Source: Vulcanimicrobiota bacterium
GTDB lineage: Bacteria > Vulcanimicrobiota > Xenobia > Xenobiales > JADMJV01
Assembly (NCBI GenBank): GCA_050250895.1
Contig: JBFWNU010000006.1
Coordinates: 443,720 to 507,719, forward strand
Reading direction: 5' to 3'
Length of the DNA: 64,000 nucleotides
Both the position numbers and the translations under genes were made by a program. The notes beneath the pieces are model-generated. The model searched no databases and was not told where the DNA came from. It saw only the letters and a list, made by a program, of their open reading frames with translations. This document shows, one piece after another, positions 59,930 to 64,000 of the stretch; position 1 is the stretch's first letter, and every line of letters begins with the position of its first letter.

Positions 59930-61012
59930 CTAGACGGGGCGTTCCGGAGCCCGATGCAGCCCGGCCGGTAGAGTCTTGGCTTCACGAATCAGGTAGTTCA
60001 GGGTGTCTGCCATGATGGCCAGGGTGATATCGAAGCTATTGAGGCTGTCACCAAAGCCCGCCGTCAGGTTTACCATCGACCCTTTGGCCAGGAGATAAAT
60101 GGTCTTCGCCCCCAGCTGGTAGGCCTGGATGTGGGGTAGGACCTGGCGGTGCGCGAAGCGGTCCATCGCGGCCACATCGATCTCGTCACTCGAATGCCCG
60201 ACATTGAGCAGAAAACAGCCGTCTTTGAGTCCAAGCAAGTCCTGCTCGCCCAACACACCAGGTGTGCCGGTGGCCGTCACCACCACGTCGGCCTCGGCCA
60301 GGGTCGCTCGTGGCTCACCAACCTTCCACCCGGCGAAGCTTGCCTCGAGAGCGCGTTTGGCCTCGGGCTCGAGAATCTCGATGATGCCCCCATAAGCCCG
60401 AGCCGCCTCGGCCACGCCCCGACCCACCGGCCCAAATCCCAGCACCGCCACCCGTAACCCGTGAAGGGTCAGGCCGGTGCGAGAGAAGAAGGTGTGCCAG
60501 GCCGTGAGTCCCACCATGTAGCGATTGTGCAGCCCGCGCTTGAGTTCCACCTGGTCCCAGTCGATGACGGGGTAGGGGAGGTTGAACTGACCGAGCAGGG
60601 CGATGCCCGAACCTGTCCCCTCCATGGAGCCCAGCACGCCGGACAGACCCGGACGCTGCATCAGGGCCGCGGTCAAAGCGCCGCCAAGCTCGCAAAGGTG
60701 GGTCGGCTGCCAGGCCAGAGCACGCTCCTGAGCCCCCTCATCCACGTCAACCGTGACGCAAGCGCCGCTGAGATGGATGAGCGACTCGGGGTCGCTGGTG
60801 ACGGGGTTGCAACTGGTCAGGTAAAGTTCGGCCCCTTGGACGGCCAGGGCCTCGAAAAAGGGCACCATCTTGAGGTCCAGGTGGACCGAAAACGCCAAGC
60901 GCACACCGTCGAGGTCCGGCAGGCGCTCGAGGGCTCGACGGGCACGTTGGAAGTGCTGGCGGCACCATTGCAGACGCTGCTCAAATGGGGCTTCCATCGA
61001 CTCTCCTTCCAC
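59930..61012 (-). CDS. Divergent adenosylhomocysteinase-like protein
   Basis: SCNP, GFGPVGRG, VTATG, NVGH..EID, VNLTAG. Confidence 0.8.
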   Translation of the reverse strand: MEGESMEAPFEQRLQWCRQHFQRARRALERLPDLDGVRLAFSVHLDLKMVPFFEALAVQGAELYLTSCNPVTSDPESLIHLSGACVTVDVDEGAQERALAWQPTHLCELGGALTAALMQRPGLSGVLGSMEGTGSGIALLGQFNLPYPVIDWDQVELKRGLHNRYMVGLTAWHTFFSRTGLTLHGLRVAVLGFGPVGRGVAEAARAYGGIIEILEPEAKRALEASFAGWKVGEPRATLAEADVVVTATGTPGVLGEQDLLGLKDGCFLLNVGHSSDEIDVAAMDRFAHRQVLPHIQAYQLGAKTIYLLAKGSMVNLTAGFGDSLNSFDITLAIMADTLNYLIREAKTLPAGLHRAPERPV

Positions 61013-61102
61013 GGCCTGGAAGCGGAATCATCTTTCCCCTGAAGGCCACTGACTTTTCGGAACCGGCAGGTAGTTTTTCGAAAACTCAAGAAAGCCGATG
61101 GG

Positions 61103-64000
61103 ATGGTCATGAAACGCTCAGGCGGTAAAGAACCGATCATGCCCGAAGCTAGCCAGGAAGAGCTGGCTTCCTTAGTTCAACGTGCTGTTGGTACCTTTGC
61201 GGTCGTGGGAGAAGACGGCGTGACGCGATACATCAACCCTCCCGCTGCGCGTTTGCTCAAGAAAAAGCCTGACAAGCTCGTCGGCGAGCCTTTTCCCTAT
61301 CCCCTCGAAGAAGGTTCGTTGCGGGATGTCGACGCCGAACTCAAAATCGAACCCACCAGTTGGAACGGTGAAGACTGCCGGCTCGTCACCATCAAGTCGC
61401 TCAAGGCCAGCCAGGCCGCCTTCCACATCGAATGGCGTATCGAAAGCGCCGAGGAGCGCGCCCGGGATGCCGAAGAGAAGATCAAGCAGCTCGAAGCCCG
61501 TCTGGCCGAGCTTGCGGGCGGTTCGGAGCCTTCTGCCCAGGCCCAGGCCCCGGCCGTCGATCCCGAGCTGGCTTCGCAACTCGAAGACGCTCGCCAGCAG
61601 ATCAGCCAACTGGAAGAGGCTCTCGAGGCTGCTCGACTGGCCGCTCCTGACGACGATCTCAGAGCTCAGCTCGAAAAGGCGAAGGCCAAAGCGGTCGCTG
61701 CCGACCAAAGGGTTGAAGAACTCGAGAATTTGCTCGACGAAGCCGAGCACCGGGTTCAAGAAGCCGAGGGCCGGGCCACCCTCGAGTCCCACGAGTTTTC
61801 CACCGAACTTCAAGACGCGCTGAGCCAGTGTCGCGACCTCGAGCAGCAGGTCCAGGACGCTGAAGAGCGAGCCCGCGACGCGCTGGAGCGGGTGCACATG
61901 GCCGAATCTCTGGCTGAAGAGGCCGAGGAACGGGCCTATGAAGCCGAAGGGCTGCTCGAAGTCGCCGAGAATCGAGCCGAAGAGGCCGAGGCTCGTCTCG
62001 AAGAACTCGAACAGGCTTTGGAAGAGGCCGCTTCGCTGAGCACCGACCCCGCCGCGGTCGAAGAACTCGAGGGTCTCAACAGCCGCGTCAAAGAACTCGA
62101 GAAAGAACTCAAGCAGGTGCGAGAGGCCACCGCTGACGAGAGTTCTCTCCTTCAAGAACTAGAAGAGCTTCGCGCCGGGGCGTCGAGATTGACCGAGCTA
62201 GAAGCCGAACTCGAGGGACTGCGGCCGGCTGCCGAAAGGGTCAAGGCACTCGAGGCAGAACTCGAGGCGGCCAAGAATGAGGCCGGTCACAGCGAAGTGG
62301 TCGAGGCCGAGATGGCCGAGTTGCGCGAGGCGGCTGCCCGGGCCGCTGAACTCGAGGTCGAACTCGAGCAATTTCGCGATCTTTCGGCTGACTTCGAGGC
62401 TTTGCGCGAAGCGGCCGAGCAAGCCGAATTGCTCGAGGCCGAGGTGCAAGAGTTGCGCGAAGTGGCCGACCAGGTGGTGTTACTGCAGGGCGAACTCGAG
62501 AGCGCCCGAGAACAGGCCGGCCGGGCCGACGCCCTGGAGGCCGAAGTCGAAGAGCTGAAGCTGCGTCTTGAATCGGCCCAGGAAGAAGTTCAAGCTTCCC
62601 AAGAGCAGTTGGCGGCCGTGCCGGCGGTCGACCCCGAAATGGCTCAGAAAGTGGTCGACCTCGAGGCCGAACTCAATCGTGCCCGGGCGCAACTTGACCG
62701 CGCCAACGAACTGCTGGGCGATCCCGAGCAGATGGTCAAACTCGAGCGCCAGCTCGAGGGGGCCATCAAGCGGGCGGCCGATGCCGAAGAGCGGGCCGTC
62801 GAAGCCCAATCTATCCTCGAAGAGGTCAAGCGAGCCTCGGTGGCGCGGGTTGAAGAGTTGACCGAGCAGCTCGAGCGAGTCCTGGCGGGAGCGGCAGCTG
62901 CCCCGGCCGGAGGCGAAGGTGGAACGGTCGACCCCGAGACCGAACGGCTGGCCTTCCAAGACTCGCTGACAGGTCTGCCCAACGTCAACATCATCAAGCG
63001 CTACCTCGACTTCATGCTCAAACAGGCCGAGCGCTACAATCGAGCCACGGCTCTGCTCTCGATTGACCTCGACCGATTCAAGATGGTCAACGACGCTCTG
63101 GGCAACAAAGTGGGCGACGAGTTGCTGTGCCTGGTGGCCGAGCGTCTCAGCGCCGTGGTTCGGGGCTCGGACGTGCTGGGGCGACGAGGCGAAGATGAAT
63201 TCATCATCCTCTTGTCCGAACTCTCCGGTCAAGAGGAGGCTACCTCGATGGCCGCGGCCGTGGCCCGCCGGGTCTACGAAGTGCTCGAGCCGCCCTTCTC
63301 GGTCCAGGATCAAAAGGTATTCATCGGCTGCTCCATCGCGATCAGTCTTTATCCCAGCGACGCTCGCACGGCCGAGCAGATGTTTATTCATGCCGACACG
63401 GCCATGGAACGAGCCAAACAGCTCGGTCGAGGACGGTATCAGTTCTTCACTCCTGATCTGCAAGAGATCTCCGATATTCGCTCTCGCCTCGATGTCGAAA
63501 TCCGTCGCGGCCTGGAAGAGAATCAGTTCCAGCTGGTCTATCAACCGATTTTCAATCTGATGACCGGGCGTATGGCCGGGGTCGAGTCGCTGGTCCGCTG
63601 GAATCATCCGGCCTCCGGGGTGGTCGGACCCGACGAGTTCCTCGAAGCCGCCGAGAACACCGGATTGATCGTGCCTATCGGCCGCTGGGCGATTCTGCAG
63701 GCCATCGAACAGGCCAGCCGCTGGCAGAAAGAGGGGCTGGGGCTGTTCACCAGCATCAACGTCTCTCGGCGCCAGTTGCTTCAAGCCGACCTGGCGGCCA
63801 CCATCCTGCGCAGCATCGAGGTCACTGGAGCCAGTCCGGGAAGCATCGTGCTCGAGTTTGACGAGGCCCTCAACCAGATGGACTCGCCCCGCATTCGAGA
63901 AAACCTCGAAGAGTTGCGCAAAGCGGGCCTCAAGTTCGCGGTCGACCGCTTCGGCAGCGGATACTCGTCGCTCGAGGTGCTCAACACCGATCATCACACC
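61103..64000 (+). CDS. PAS - long coiled coil - GGDEF - EAL protein, partial (runs off the window end; start 61103, 61109 or 61139)
   Basis: My translation: YINPPAARLL (PAS), Glu/Ala heptads, AFQDSLTGLPN, DLDRFKMVND, RRGEDEF, YQP..VESLVRW, DRFGSGYSSL. Absent from the ORF track. Confidence 0.9.
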   Translation, partial: MVMKRSGGKEPIMPEASQEELASLVQRAVGTFAVVGEDGVTRYINPPAARLLKKKPDKLVGEPFPYPLEEGSLRDVDAELKIEPTSWNGEDCRLVTIKSLKASQAAFHIEWRIESAEERARDAEEKIKQLEARLAELAGGSEPSAQAQAPAVDPELASQLEDARQQISQLEEALEAARLAAPDDDLRAQLEKAKAKAVAADQRVEELENLLDEAEHRVQEAEGRATLESHEFSTELQDALSQCRDLEQQVQDAEERARDALERVHMAESLAEEAEERAYEAEGLLEVAENRAEEAEARLEELEQALEEAASLSTDPAAVEELEGLNSRVKELEKELKQVREATADESSLLQELEELRAGASRLTELEAELEGLRPAAERVKALEAELEAAKNEAGHSEVVEAEMAELREAAARAAELEVELEQFRDLSADFEALREAAEQAELLEAEVQELREVADQVVLLQGELESAREQAGRADALEAEVEELKLRLESAQEEVQASQEQLAAVPAVDPEMAQKVVDLEAELNRARAQLDRANELLGDPEQMVKLERQLEGAIKRAADAEERAVEAQSILEEVKRASVARVEELTEQLERVLAGAAAAPAGGEGGTVDPETERLAFQDSLTGLPNVNIIKRYLDFMLKQAERYNRATALLSIDLDRFKMVNDALGNKVGDELLCLVAERLSAVVRGSDVLGRRGEDEFIILLSELSGQEEATSMAAAVARRVYEVLEPPFSVQDQKVFIGCSIAISLYPSDARTAEQMFIHADTAMERAKQLGRGRYQFFTPDLQEISDIRSRLDVEIRRGLEENQFQLVYQPIFNLMTGRMAGVESLVRWNHPASGVVGPDEFLEAAENTGLIVPIGRWAILQAIEQASRWQKEGLGLFTSINVSRRQLLQADLAATILRSIEVTGASPGSIVLEFDEALNQMDSPRIRENLEELRKAGLKFAVDRFGSGYSSLEVLNTDHHT

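Noticed and set aside
61172-63997. Minus-strand ORFs of 327 and 505 aa
   Set aside because: Antisense shadows of the plus-strand GGDEF-EAL gene.

Overview
High-GC bacterial chromosome segment with about 55 CDS. I see no rRNA, tRNA, CRISPR array or prophage. The gene mix suggests a diderm Terrabacteria-type lineage such as Vulcanimicrobiota/Eremiobacterota (inference only). Housekeeping genes: tatD, uppP, an AMIN amidase, tgt, murI, nth, lon, a sugar ABC transporter, an S9 peptidase and a GH63 enzyme. Also present are type IV pilus parts and many signalling genes (PilZ, HD-GYP, FecR-CHASE2 cyclase-CRP, and a PAS-coiled coil-GGDEF-EAL gene missing from the ORF track). Main observations: (1) an accessory island at 45.4-50.7 kb with a DUF222-like HNH nuclease, a palindrome ACTTCC-N4-GGAAG(T) found inside the nuclease gene and three more times in non-coding DNA, REP-like repeats, an IS3 element inserted in a hairpin loop, and a duplicated gene 3' end; (2) a luciferase-free GNAT-luxE-[luxC::adenylation domain] operon; (3) a class III cyclase with non-canonical base-specificity residues next to a CRP; (4) a PGI homologue with eroded catalytic motifs; (5) enzymes and small proteins with low-complexity or DxVxL N-terminal leaders that may be substrates of a non-Sec export system. 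All functional calls come from motif recognition by eye, not database searches.
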